Assembly (NCBI GenBank): GCA_951406725.2
Contig: OX597833.1
Span: 43,090,001-43,154,000, forward strand
DNA: 64,000 bases
Origin: Octopus vulgaris
Lineage: Eukaryota
Direction: 5' to 3'
Shown here piece by piece: positions 41,106 through 54,585 of this stretch. Made by a program: the position numbers and the translations under genes. Position 1 is the first letter of the stretch. Every line of letters begins with the position of its first letter. The notes under the pieces are model-generated. The model saw only the letters and a program-made list of their open reading frames with translations. It had not been told where the DNA came from and ran no database searches.

Positions 41106-42103
41106 AACAACAAACAAGTTGAGTATAAATATCCGTCGAATGTAAATAATGTACATAATTCCTCATCTCTTAAATATAGAACTTTATGTAAACTCTGTGC
41201 ATTTTCCTTCTTTTATATATATATATATATATATACTTAAATATATCCATGTACAACTACTCAAATATCTAAATTCCAATATAGGGGTTTTTATTAGTAA
41301 AAACTAGCTCTTGCTCTATTGGTGAAAAATTGAAAAATGGAGCTCAGTAGAATACATACATACATACATACATACATACATACATACTTTCATACATTCA
41401 TGCATTGCATGCATGCATATATACATGCATACATGCATAAATGGTATGGAAGTATGTCACTTCGGCATAGGATATCATACACCTTTTAATGTTGTATGAG
41501 TCAGGTTGAAAAGATAAAAGTGTGTATCGCTTTTGATAAATGCAAGCGCCTGTTTAGAGAAGTTCTTTGCAATGATAAAGCGACAAAATTAAACCGGTAA
41601 GCAACAGAAGAATTACTACTATGTACACCACATTTAGCAAGAAAAGAGAGTCAGACTTTTGAGGTTGCAGGTGTATCGAGACACATCCCAATGGAGTAGT
41701 GATTTAGATGAATATTTGTACCAATTATACAAAAAGATTAGAGAAAATCTCTGGATTAGTTACCTGAAAAGGATGAAGAGCTATTAAGAAGCAAAATATC
41801 TCAACTGCTTATATCTCAGAGCGATGCAGCTGCATTGCCACACTATGTTTGTTGAAAGGAAATATGCAGCTCAAACTAGCAAATCAATCTGCACAAATTC
41901 AGAGTAATGTGCAGTATCAATATCCCTAGCAAATTCTGCATTTGAAAAAATTAGTAAAGGCATAAACTGCGACTAAAGCAAAAGTAATAACAGTAACACT
42001 GATTTTAGACTCTTGACATTACATGGACACGCCATAGTTACTTATGAATAAACATAAAAACAACATTTAACAAAATAACGGAGATCGCACTATTAACGTC
42101 AGT

Positions 42104-42268
42104 AGGCGTAGGAGTGGCTGTGTGGTAAGTAGCTTGCTTACGAACCACATGATTCCGGGGTCAGTCCCACTGCGTGGCACCTTGGTGAGTGTCTTCTACT
42201 ATTGCCTTGGGCCAACCAAAACCTTGTGAGTGGATTTGGTAGACGGAAACTGGAAGATACCCGTCGTA

Positions 42269-42343
<75 letters not shown>

Positions 42344-42572
42344 GCGTGTTTGCGTGTCTGTGTTTGTCCCCCCCCCCAACACCGCTTGACAACCGATGCT
42401 GGTGTGTTTACGTCCCCGTAACTTAGCGGTTCGGCAAAAAAGAGACCGATAAAATAAGTACTAGGCTTACAAAGAATAAGTCCTGGGGTCGATTTGATCG
42501 ACTAAAAGGCGGTACTCCAGCATGGCCACAGTCACATGACTGAAACAAGTAAAAGAGAAAGAGAAAGAGAAA
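42104..42572 (+). mobile_element. Family B SINE, full length
   Basis: All family blocks are present. Confidence 0.92.
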
Positions 42573-42706
42573 GTCACCACCAAAAAACAAAATATCCGTT
42601 ATTGTTCTATTTGGTAGAAAACCTAACTTGGTGTTAATCAATGATCAATCAAGTTGCTAAAAAAGACCTCATACGAATTGAAGTTCACAATTATGGCGTA
42701 TTTTAT

Positions 42707-43092
42707 TACTCTTTTACTCTTTTACTTGTTTCAGTCATTTGACTGTGGCCATGCTGGAGCACCGCCTTTTAGTCGAGCACATCGATCCCGGCACTTATTC
42801 TTTGTAAGCCCAGTACTTATTCTATCGGTCTCTTTTGCCGAACCGCTAAGTGACGGGGACGTAAACACACCAGCGTCGGTTGTCAAGCAATGCTAGGGTG
42901 ACAAACACAGACACACAAACACACACATATATATATATATATATATACGACAGGCTTCTTTCAGTTTCCGTCACAAGGCATTGGTCGGCCCGGGGCTATA
43001 GTAGAAGACACTTGCCCAAGATGCCACGCAGTGGGACTGAACCCAGAACCATTTGGTTGGTAAACAAGCTACTTACCAGACAGCCACTCCTA
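42707..43092 (-). mobile_element. Family B SINE, tail-to-tail with the previous copy
   Basis: All family blocks are present, with a small internal deletion. Confidence 0.92.
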
Positions 43093-43416
43093 GGTTGTAT
43101 ATCAATAACACTTTCGAAATGGATTAACTCTCTGCTAAAGAACATCACAAACTAGAGAGAAAATACACAATCCTCTTCAATTTTGAGAGAAACATTCTTC
43201 CCCATTTCGAATCCCGCAACTAGTTTTATTTCGCCTTGCAACACTTCTCTCGTAGATTCTGGCCATGATGTGAAAGAACTCACTATATTTTAGAATGTGG
43301 TGTATACTTATATTTGGGATTGAAAAGACTGGTACCTGCCACTGAGAAAAGTTGTAAGACTCCAAATGTTAGTATCACCACAAGGCTTACATACATACAT
43401 AAATACATACATACAT

Positions 43417-43458
<42 letters not shown>

Positions 43459-43474
43459 GGTCCGGGTTGATATA

Positions 43475-43585
<111 letters not shown>

Positions 43586-43590
43586 GTATG

Positions 43591-43647
<57 letters not shown>

Positions 43648-43649
43648 TT

Positions 43650-46430
43650 TGTATTTAATCATTTAAGTTCTTCCCCCGAAGAAGGAGCTGGTTTCTAACA
43701 AAGATACAAAGCACCAGCTTTGGAATATAGATAACGGAAACAATGTGTCACTCTAAACTTGAGAAAGTATTGCCTAGTTCTACTGTTCCGCTTACACATT
43801 GTATGTGTAATGTGTGAACCAGTTGGTTGATTTCTCTTTCTGAAATACCAAAGTTACCCAGACTTACAGTTAGGCATTTGCTTGCAAACCCAAGTCTACC
43901 AAATTATTATTGGTATCAATGTAAATTTGTAACCGGGGTAGAGAAGCTAGAGGTTTCCAAGCAGTTATTCATAGTTATCTTCTTTCTCTTTGATTTTCAA
44001 AGAGATATTCACATCAGCAGAATAGCTGACCTCTATGACGGTACATACGTGTTTTGTCTGTCTCAAAGAACAATATCCGACCTGTTATGTGAACACTTGA
44101 CAGATGATTTGATTGAAATGTTCCGCCATTATTCATTGTGCTTGGTATTTTATGTATGTTTTCAATAACAGGAGGATTCTCTATATATATTCCAGAACAG
44201 TCTTTTTTCCGAACGGCATTGTATATTATTTTGCGACGTCATGTCGCATAGGGATGTACTACCTCGATAACATTTTGGTGCAGCTGCTAATCACATGTGT
44301 GATGTCTTTCACAGAAATATTGCATAATCTACATATAAATGTATATTGCATCTTGGAACTCCTAGGGCTTTACTCTCTTTTGTTGATTAAGTATTCAGTA
44401 GCAAGCTCCTGTTCTTGGATTGCAAATGCATAGCCTTCGAAGTACAATATAGCAGTCACGAGTCCAAAAGAAGCTTCGCTTCATGTCAATGTTACTATCT
44501 TCAAGTCCTGTAGAAACATACCTATGTATGGTCTTTTTTGGTAAAAAGAGCGTTTCACACTTCTAGGTCTTCTTTGAGGTATGCTTGTCCAGCTGATTTG
44601 GGGTTGTATGAAGTCACCAGGAAGAGAGTACTCCATGAGGAGCTCACTTCCAACATGTAGAATACTGTTTTCTTTACTTTTCAGTACTAAGTTAATGTAT
44701 TTATTTTTGCTGCTGCTGCTGTATTTATTTTTGCAAGTGCTGTCTGAGAGAGACTATGCGACATTCGAAGGTTGTCTTCACTGATCTCAAGCCCCTATCA
44801 CTACTGTTATGTAGATTTCCAGTTCATGTTAGAATCTTGTGGATTTTAATGTCTACGGAGTGGATTTCTCCTGCAGACCAATAAAGTATCCCGTACGTTA
44901 GAATTGGTACTGGTACTGAAAGTGCATCGAGGGATGTTGTACTGTTGCACGCGGAGAGTTCAGACTAGTATGGTATATTTTCATCAAAACAAGGTACTTG
45001 TAACATTATTTGTGTGAAACAGTAGAGATAGGGAGGCTGATGTTACACAGGTTTTAGGTCTGGAAGGCTGATTTTTCCTGTTCAACAGTTAACTAAAAAC
45101 ATTTCTTCTGGCCAAATTCCATTTCTATGTCAGCTGAAAATGTTATTAAATTTCAGTTCTTTTTTTGACATTGTTAACATTTTTAGCATACATCTTGAGA
45201 TCATCCACAAATAAATTATAGGTTACGTTAATATCTCTTGCAGTTTCAGCACGTAGTCATTTGTTTTTTGTCGCAGGAATGATAATGGGTTTAACGCCAA
45301 AGCGAACAGAAATACAGAGAGACCATTTCATTGGAAAATTCTCTTTAAATTATTTATGGCGACGGAGACGATCGCTTCACTCTCTGTTCTAACTGTGAAG
45401 ATTGTGGCCCATGCCTTTGTGAGCCTCTCTCTCAATGGCAGCAATTAAGGTAGCCGGCAGTTTTGCCAAATGGAGACACCTCACCAGCCATGAGTGGGGA
45501 ATAGGGTCAAATGCCTTCCTATAATCAAAACATACTGTTGTAAAGCACCAATGCTTTTTTTTTTACCTCAAACAATACAGAAGAGGAATTATTATTAATC
45601 ATAGTCAGCATCAGCATCATCATCGTCATCATCCTCTTCGTCGTTATCGTTGTCGTTATCATCGCCCTCAACATCACTATCATCGGCAGCAGCAGCAGCA
45701 ACAGTATCGTCACACTCCCTTCTTTCCGCCGGCCTGCTCATCAATCATTATTTTGTTGGACTCACTATAATCCCGCAGCTTGTGTACAATTTAGACATAT
45801 TATTTAGGCAAGCAATGGGTCTGTGGTTTTCAGGCAACTCAGTGGCTTCATTCTTGGCCAAGAGATTCGTCTGTGCTATAGCAAGCCAATTTGGTATGAA
45901 AGAAATTGACCTTCCGTAGTACTTTCGAATATACTTCTTAGTGGTTTCTTGTAAAATGTCAGCCTCTTATACCAGTATCCAACAATTAGATCCCCTCCAG
46001 GTGCCTTTCCATTATGCAGTTCGCCTACAGTTATGGCGAAAATTTCCGCGTCAACTGCATATGTTTTCCTGTTGATGTTGGTACAGAATTCTCTCTTTAC
46101 GGCATCTAGCCACGATGCATTGAGGTTGAGGTTCCTCTTTTTGTTGCAGATTTCCAACCAGAACTATTCAAGAAATTCTTAAGAGGGGCTTTCTTAACGG
46201 TAATATTTTCCTTCCTCATCACCCTATATACTATCTTTAGATTACAAGCAAACTTGTAATTTATGCACACACGTTCAAAAGTTCGTTTGTAAAAGCGAAG
46301 ATTTTCGCTCAGAGCCCTGAATTCGCATTTAAGAGTAATTAACCTTCCCTCAAGAGCTTATTTCGAAGAATTACCATACAGTTTATAAGATCTGACTGGT
46401 GATGTTTAAACGCATTGCCCCCTCTTACAT
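43650..46430 (-). mobile_element. Decayed R4/Dong-like LINE (RT plus RLE)
   Basis: LHNGKAPGGDLIVGYWYKRL, DYRKAFDPIPHSWL and YLFVDDLKM in broken frames; a CAT-rich insert at ~45590-45715. Confidence 0.8.
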
Positions 46431-46589
46431 TTTATTATCGTTAGTAACCATTATTAACCAATATGGGGGCGTAGATTGTTGATGTTTTCTTCAAGTTTTG
46501 CTTTCCATCTAGGTTGTTTCCGTTTAGGTATATATGTATGTACGTATGTATGTATGTATGTATGTATGTATGTATGTATGTATGTATGC

Positions 46590-46745
46590 AGGCGCCGTCG
46601 TGGTTGTGTGGTAAGAAGCTTGCTTCCCAACTACATGACTCTGGGTACAGCTCCACTGCGTGGCACCTTGGATGAGTGTCTTACACTCTAGCCTTGTCAA
46701 TGGATTTCGTTGACAGAAACCGAAGGAAACCCATCCTATATATAT
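46590..46745 (+). mobile_element. Family B SINE 5' half
   Basis: Head present up to the internal (TA)n, where a Penelope fragment follows. Confidence 0.75.
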
Positions 46746-46754
46746 ATATATATA

Positions 46755-47706
46755 GTTGAAATTTACAGAATAACAAAAGACGAAGACGGATGTATAAATA
46801 ACAAAGAGGTGAGAAGGTGAGAAAGTGTTTATGTTTCGAGCCTACGCTCTTCAACAGAAGGGAACACGATGAAATAAAGACAGAGAGAATAAAGAAAACT
46901 TTTGGAGCTAGCGGTCAATCATGGCGACTGGCAGGACAAAGATAGTTAGACAGGAGAGTTAGGACGAAGGGGAGATAATAAAGTATTGGTGATCCCAAAA
47001 CGAAGGTGCGCGTGCGTATGTGAGTGTGTGGATACGAACTGGCGACTTTGACATGTGGATGTGTGCGCTTGTAATGTACGGATGATGGTGAGGGTGCTGG
47101 GAAATGGTTAGTGCTAGTATGTGCGGGGTGGTTTGGTGTGGCGGAGTCGGAGTGTGGGGATGCGAGTGTGGAGCGTGGATATGTGAGGCTGGGTTGTGGG
47201 TTTGGGGTGAGGATGTGGAGTATGTGGGAGTGTAATGCGTAGGGGTGGGGTGTGGATGGAGGAGTATCGAGGATGGGACATGTGGGAAGAGAGGAAGTAG
47301 GTATGAGATGAAGAGAGGAAAGGAGGGGCGAGGAGTCAGATGAAGAGGAGAGGATAGTTGAGCCCATGTAGCGCAAGAGAGAAGAATAATTTCTGTTCAC
47401 GGTGAAGGCGGGAGTCTGGATGGTTCCTGTGCAAAGACAATCAGAACACAGACAGGTATGGTAATGGATGACCGGTAGAGCTGAAATGGTGCGAGACCGG
47501 GGTGTCGTTCCCAAGTCTAATGTGTTGGCGGTGCTCAGCGGACTGGTCAGCCAAGCGGCGTCCCGTTTGACCGATGTACTGAGAAGGACAGAAAGAGGAG
47601 GAGGTGCCGTAAATGACGTTGCTAGAAGTGCTGGCAAAGGTGTCAGTGATATGATAGGGACGATGATGGGTGCCTATGAGGATGGTTGTTTTGGAGAGGT
47701 AGGGTC
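46755..47706 (-). mobile_element. 5'-truncated Penelope-like element (GIY-YIG, 3'UTR, pLTR)
   Basis: Minus strand reads [17 protein letters not shown]...YIGQTGRRLADQ..EH; the terminus is related to 48470-48615. Confidence 0.85.
46826..46862 (-). ncRNA. Hammerhead-like motif, variant core CUGUUGA (decayed stems I and III)
   Basis: Minus strand: CTGTTGA-A-GAGC(GTAG)GCTC-GAAACATA. Confidence 0.45.
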
Positions 47707-47857
47707 ATATATATATATATATATATAAATATATATGTGTGTGTGTGTGTGCGTGAGTGTGTGTATGTGTATACATATATATACACATATATACACATAT
47801 ATATGTATATATATATAAATATATATATACATATATATATACATATATATACATATA

Positions 47858-47908
<51 letters not shown>

Positions 47909-47964
47909 TATATGTGCGTGTATGTGTATGAGCGCTTGTATGTGTGGTGGTGGTGGTGGGGGGG

Positions 47965-48123
47965 TCTGTGTGTATTGTTTTATTTGCTCGTGCCCTAATT
48001 CTCCGCAAACTTTGCGGGTGCCGCCGATATACGAAGTTTTCAGTCTTATTGTTAAAAGTGTGAAACTGAGTATTTGCATTTTGGTTGATAACTGATGAAG
48101 AATTAGGGTCCTTCTGTGTCTAT
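47965..48123 (+). mobile_element. 148-bp permuted hammerhead-like unit with 11-nt terminal direct repeats
   Basis: TCTGTGTGTAT (47965) / TCTGTGTCTAT (48113). CCCTAATTCT..GCAAAC comes before CTGATGA-AGAATTAGGG. Confidence 0.45.
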
Positions 48124-48128
48124 ACATA

Positions 48129-48177
<49 letters not shown>

Positions 48178-48376
48178 ATATACACTGTATTTATGATGGT
48201 AGTTTTGACTTTAAGAGTCCCTCAGTTACGTGTAGTAATGCCCTTAATATAAATAAATATATTTAAAGGGAAAAAATTATAATTTTTCCCTTATGACGTT
48301 TTTTCACGTTGACTACTTAATAAATTCTTATAAAGATTTTATCCTATTTTAAAATTTTATACATACATACATGCAT

Positions 48377-48469
<93 letters not shown>

Positions 48470-48470
<1 letters not shown>

Positions 48471-51080
48471 CGGGAAGCTTTATGAAAATAAACAAAAGAC
48501 GAAGGCAGGTGGAATACAAACAAACAATTGTATTAGTATGGCGCTCAGGAATATAAATAAAACAAGTCATTTACGTTTCGAGCCTACGCTCTTCAACAGA
48601 AAGATACACAGAGAAGAAACACGGAAAGAAACAAGGAGAGAAAAAAATGCGTGCAGAAGCTAGCGAATCAACATGGTGATCTGATTCCGGCCAGATCAAA
48701 CGTGAGACGCAAGAACGAAAATACGGGAGATAACAGGGTTAAATGACCAACGCCCCAACATAAGGGTGTGTGTGTGTATGAGAGAGTATGTAGTGCGTAT
48801 GAGAGGTCTGGACGTGTGTATGTATGTATGATGTGATGTGTAATGTCGTATGGTGTAGTGTAGAGAGAGGAGATGAGGGCGGGAGGCGATAAGGGGGAGG
48901 AGGGGTAAGGGGGAGAGAGATGAGAGGAGAGATGAGGGGGGGAGAAGGAAGGAAGGAAGGAAGGAGGAAGAGGGGGAAGAAGGAGGGGAAGAGGAGGGGA
49001 AAGGAAAGAGGAGAAGAGGAGGGAGGAGGGAGAAGGGGAAAGGTGAGAGTGAGGGGGGGAGGGGAGGAAAGAAGGAGGGATGAGGGTGACATGAGATGAG
49101 GGTGGAGGGGGAGGGGGAGATGAGATGAGGGGGAGGGGGAAGGGGGAGAAAGAAGGAGAGGAGAAGAGGAGGGGAGTGGAGGAGGGAGGATAGAGAGGGG
49201 GAGAGAGAAGTGGAGTGAGGGAGCAGAGAGAAAGAGGGAAGGGGAAGAGGGAAGAAGAAAGAGGGAAGAAGGGAAGAGGAGGGAAAGAGAGTAGGGGTGA
49301 AACGATGAAGGACTGAAGAGAAGTAGGGGTCGGGGGGAGGTTAGATGAGGAGGGGGAGAGGGGGTTAGATGAGGAGGGGGAGAGTTGAGACCAAATGGCG
49401 TAAAAGAGCGAAGAGAGAAGATTAATTCCTGTTCACGGCGCAAACGGGAATCCGGATGGCCTCTGTGCAAGGACAAACCGAACACAGACAGGTGTTGCAA
49501 GGAGTGACCGGTGGAGCGGAAATGGCGTGAGACCAGTGTGTCGTTGGCAAGGCGGATGTCACAGGTGTTCCGCGAACCGGTCAGCCAAGCGGCGACCCGT
49601 TTGTCCGATGTACAGGGAATGGCAGAGAGAGCAAGAGATGCAATAGATGATATTGCTGGAGGTGCAGGTGAAGGAGTTGATGATGCGATAGGGTCGATGA
49701 TGGATGCCAGTGAGTAGGGTGGTGTTGGAGAGGTAAGGGTAAGTGCTGCAACGTGGGCGGGAGCAGGGGAACGAGCCAGGTTGGGAGGTAAGGTCAGGGA
49801 AGGAGCTATGGACCAAAAGGTCTCGTAGGTTATGAGCTCGTTTGAAGGAGGGGAGGAGTCGGTTAGGAAGAGGTGTGAAGTGAACGGGTCGGACTGGAGA
49901 TGCCGGAAAGCTCAAAGAATGGTGCGTTGGAGAGGTAGGGTCGTGGGGTGGTAAGTGAGGGGAAAAGGGAGGCGGGAGACTACAGGGCGGGTTCGGTGGG
50001 AGAGAGCAGATGCACGGTCTACGGAACGTGCTCTGGCAAGGGCGGTGTGGATAGTGGTGAGGGGGTATCCACGTAGGATGAAGTGGTGAGCCATGCGTTG
50101 AGACTGAGTCTCAAAGTCATGGTCGTCACTACAGAGCCTACGTAGACGGAGGAATTGGGAATAGGGGATGGAAAGCTTGGTGTGTTTTGGGTGGGAGGAA
50201 GAGAAGTTTAGGTATGAGTGTGAGTCTGTGTGTTTGTAGTGAATGGAGGTGGTAAGAGTGGAGTGATGAATGCTGACCGAAATGTCGAGGAAGGAGACAG
50301 AGGTGTTGGAGATAGCGGAGGGCTGGATGGAAGGATTGAACGAAAGAGAGGAAGGAATCTAGTTGTTCACGGGAGAGTGAGGTGGCACCGATAATGTCGT
50401 CAATGTAACGACCGTATAGTTCAGTAGTGGGACCAGTGAAATTAGAGAATATTTGGGCCTCAACATAGCCAACGAACAGGTTCGCATAGTTGGGGCCCAT
50501 TCGCGTTCCCATGGCCACTCCCGGGAAGTGTTGGTAGAACTCGCCCGCGAACGAGAAGCAGTTGAGAGTAAGGACAAGTTCGGCCAGACGAATGAGTGTA
50601 GAGGTGTCAGGTTCAGGGTTGGGGCGGAGGTCGAGAAAATGATGAAGTGCCCACAGTCCTTCGTGGTGAGGGATGACGGTATAGAGGCTCTGGATGTCCA
50701 GAGTAAAAAGGATTTTGGAGGAGCCGGGAGGAAAGGAGAAAGAGTTGAAAAGCCGGAGAGCATGGTTGGTATCGTGGATGTGGGAGGGAAGAGACGCCAC
50801 TAGGGGGGCAAGGACACAGTCGAGGTATTTAGAGATGAGCTCCGTGGGGCAGTTACAGGCGGAGACGATGGGGCGGCCAAGGTTGTTGGGTTTGTGGATT
50901 TTGGGAGGAAGTAAATGGTGGGGGTGCGTGGGGTTCGCACAATTAGGTTGGATGCGGTGTGGGGGAGACGGGAGGACGAGATGAGGTCGTGGACAGTAGA
51001 GGATGCCGTCTGTTGGTAGCTACGTGTGGGGTTAGAGGACAGCGGGGAGTAGAAGGAGGTTTCGTTGAGTTGGCGCGGTA
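48470..51080 (-). mobile_element. Penelope-like retroelement (Neptune-type), 5'-truncated and frameshifted
   Basis: RT motifs LFTLDIQSLYTVIPH, GVAMGTRMGPNYANLF and RYIDDI; Cys linker PCSRPRCST; GIY-YIG IIYCISCSLCHSLYIGQTGRRLADRFAEH; terminus abuts (TA)n. Confidence 0.93.
48567..48604 (-). ncRNA. Minimal type I hammerhead-like motif, variant core CUGUUGA
   Basis: Minus strand: TCTTT-CTGTTGA-A-GAGC(GTAG)GCTC-GAA-ACGT-A-AATGA. Confidence 0.55.
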
Positions 51081-51579
51081 AAAACGGTAAGAAAGAAAGA
51101 GACCTCAATATTATGTAAATAGAGCAAATTTATCCGTAAAATAATTGTCACATATTATTTTACAGATATATATATATATATATGGCGAGAGAGAGAGAGA
51201 AAGAGAAAGAGAGAGAGAAGGAGGGAAAGAGAAAGAGAGAGTCAGAAGAAGAAGAGAGAAAGACAGTGTTATATATATATATATATATATATACTATTTT
51301 CCTTTTAACTTTGTTTTGTATAAGTGATTTTCGACAGAAGTTACTATAGACGCGATTATCTGACGATTTGCAATTTTAATATTTTCTAATCTGTCGAATG
51401 CTTCTGCAAACGTCTCCTTCTTTATCGGTCAACCATTCTGAACCAAAGAGACCGTGCCATACATGAACACGTGTATGCTTACACCGTCCCGATGACAGGT
51501 GCTCGTTCGCTTGTTTAAATGCACTATTAAGAACCCCTCATTAAGACCATTACGTAGTTTGTGAAGAGGAATGATTATT

Positions 51580-52115
<536 letters not shown>

Positions 52116-52479
52116 TCATTTTGTTTAAAATCGGCCCTGTCGTTCTGCTTATTATCCCCGTAATCACCATTACGACTACTCTTTATTGCTACTATTACTA
52201 CGAGGGGTGCTGCTATTGCTGTTGTTTTTGTTGTTGTAAAAAAAAATGTTTAATATTGTTATTGCTGTTGTTGCTGCTGCCTGTTGTTAACAGTACTTTA
52301 GATTTATTGAGATTATAATTATGTCATATATTGCTGGGAAAATCGCTTACAAGAGAATCGAGTGACGCCCTTAGACACACGCACACACGCACACACACAC
52401 ACACACATGCACATACACTTCTGCATTGACTATGTTCTTGTGTATATAATGAAAGGAGGATATGTACTTTATTTATGCC

Positions 52480-52644
52480 TACACGTAGGAGTGGCTGTGT
52501 GGTAAGTAGCTTGCTTACGAACCACATGGTTCCGGGTTCAGTCCCACTGCATGGAATCTTGGGCAAGTGTATTCTACTATAGCCTCGGGCCGACCAAAAC
52601 CTTGGGAGTGGATTTGGTAGACAGAAACTGAAAGAAGCCTGTCG

Positions 52645-52739
<95 letters not shown>

Positions 52740-52938
52740 TGTGTGTCAGTGTTTGCCAACCGATGCTGGAGTGTTTACGTCCCCGTAACTTAGTGGTTCG
52801 GCAAAAGAGACCGATAGAATAAATACTAGGTTTACAAAGAATAAATCCTGGGATCGATTTGTTCGACTAAAGACGGTGCTCCAGCATGGCCACAGTCAAA
52901 ATGACTTAAACAAGTAAAAGAGTAAAAGAGTAAAGAGT
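52480..52938 (+). mobile_element. Family B SINE
   Basis: Family blocks present, with an expanded internal (TA)n(TG)n. Confidence 0.9.
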
Positions 52939-53138
52939 ATGTTAAGTAATTTGAATGTGTAGCGAAAAAATGTACACACATACTGCACCACACCCATACA
53001 CATACAGACACACACATGCACACACAGGCAAGCACACACACATATACATGTATGTTGAGTTCCACACAATAGGACCGAACACGAGTAGGAATGAGCTCGA
53101 AGTCACGTGTTTGCAAAGCGAACTGTTTAACCACATAT

Positions 53139-53548
53139 AGGCGTAGGGGTGGCTGTTCGGTAAGTAGCTTGCATGCCAACCACGTGGTTCCGAGTTCAGT
53201 CCCACTGCGTGGCACTTTGGGCAAGCGTCTTCTGCTATAGCCTCGGGCCGACCAAAGCCTTGTGAGTGGATTTGGTAGGCGGAAACTGAAAGAAGACTGC
53301 CGTATATATATATATGCATGTATGTATGTGTGTATATGATTGTGCGTCTCTGTTTGTCCCCCCAACATCGCTTGACAACCGATGCTGGTGTGTCTACGTC
53401 CCCATAACTTAGCAGTTCGGCAAAAAAGACCGATAGAATAAGTACTAGGCTTACAAAGAATAAGTCCTGGGGTCGATTAGATCGACTAAAGGCGGTGCTC
53501 CAGCATGGCCACAGTCAAATGACTGACACAAGTAAAAGAGTAAAGAGT
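53139..53548 (+). mobile_element. Family B SINE
   Basis: Family blocks present. Confidence 0.9.
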
Positions 53549-53565
53549 ATATGTATATATATATG

Positions 53566-53617
<52 letters not shown>

Positions 53618-54028
53618 GTGTGTGTATGTGTGTGCGTGTGTGTTACTTGAGTGCTCTTGCGTGTAAGTTTGCGTACGTATTTTAACTTGTATGCATGACA
53701 TATAGACATGATAAAAACATAAGTACATAGATTAAGATGTATAAAAACACAGGAATATGTTGGTTGTAGAAGAGAAATGGATGGGAAAGTGAGAAAGAGA
53801 ACCTAATATTTAGTGAGCGAGAACGAGAGAAAGAAATAGTTAGGAAAAGACAAAAGTGAAACTGAGGAAAAGAAAAAAAAGGGGGGCGAAATTAGAGCGT
53901 ATGTTTTAAAAGGAAAAAGATGGCGGCATAAAGTCTGATAGATGAGTGTCATTCTTTGCTATTTTTAATTGTGGTATGTAAAAATTGTAACACACACACA
54001 CACACACACACATATACCTCCCTGCATC

Positions 54029-54064
<36 letters not shown>

Positions 54065-54105
54065 TTCCTAAGCATAGTACAGATAAGAGTGTGTATTTGC
54101 GTGTG

Positions 54106-54155
<50 letters not shown>

Positions 54156-54463
54156 TATATATTCATATATGTATACATACGCACATATATATTTAAAATA
54201 AATACGTATGCATGTATACTGTGTTCATATATGTATATCTTGTGTATGTGCGAGTATGAAAGTATGTGTACATAAGAATGTATTAAAATGTGATTAAATA
54301 CGTATACCCATTCCCTACCCTGACCTATCACCCCACCTTCTCTCTCCGTATATATGTCTATACACATATTTGTATGTAGGTACATACATGCATACATACA
54401 TACATATATATATATATGTATGTATGTGTATGTATATATAGATATAGATATAGATATATACAT

Positions 54464-54585
<122 letters not shown>

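Noticed and set aside
46915-47637. 240-aa Pro/Ser/His-rich ORF, and the 253-aa ORF at 48739-49500
   Set aside because: These are off-frame or read-through translations of Penelope sequence and its low-complexity UTR.
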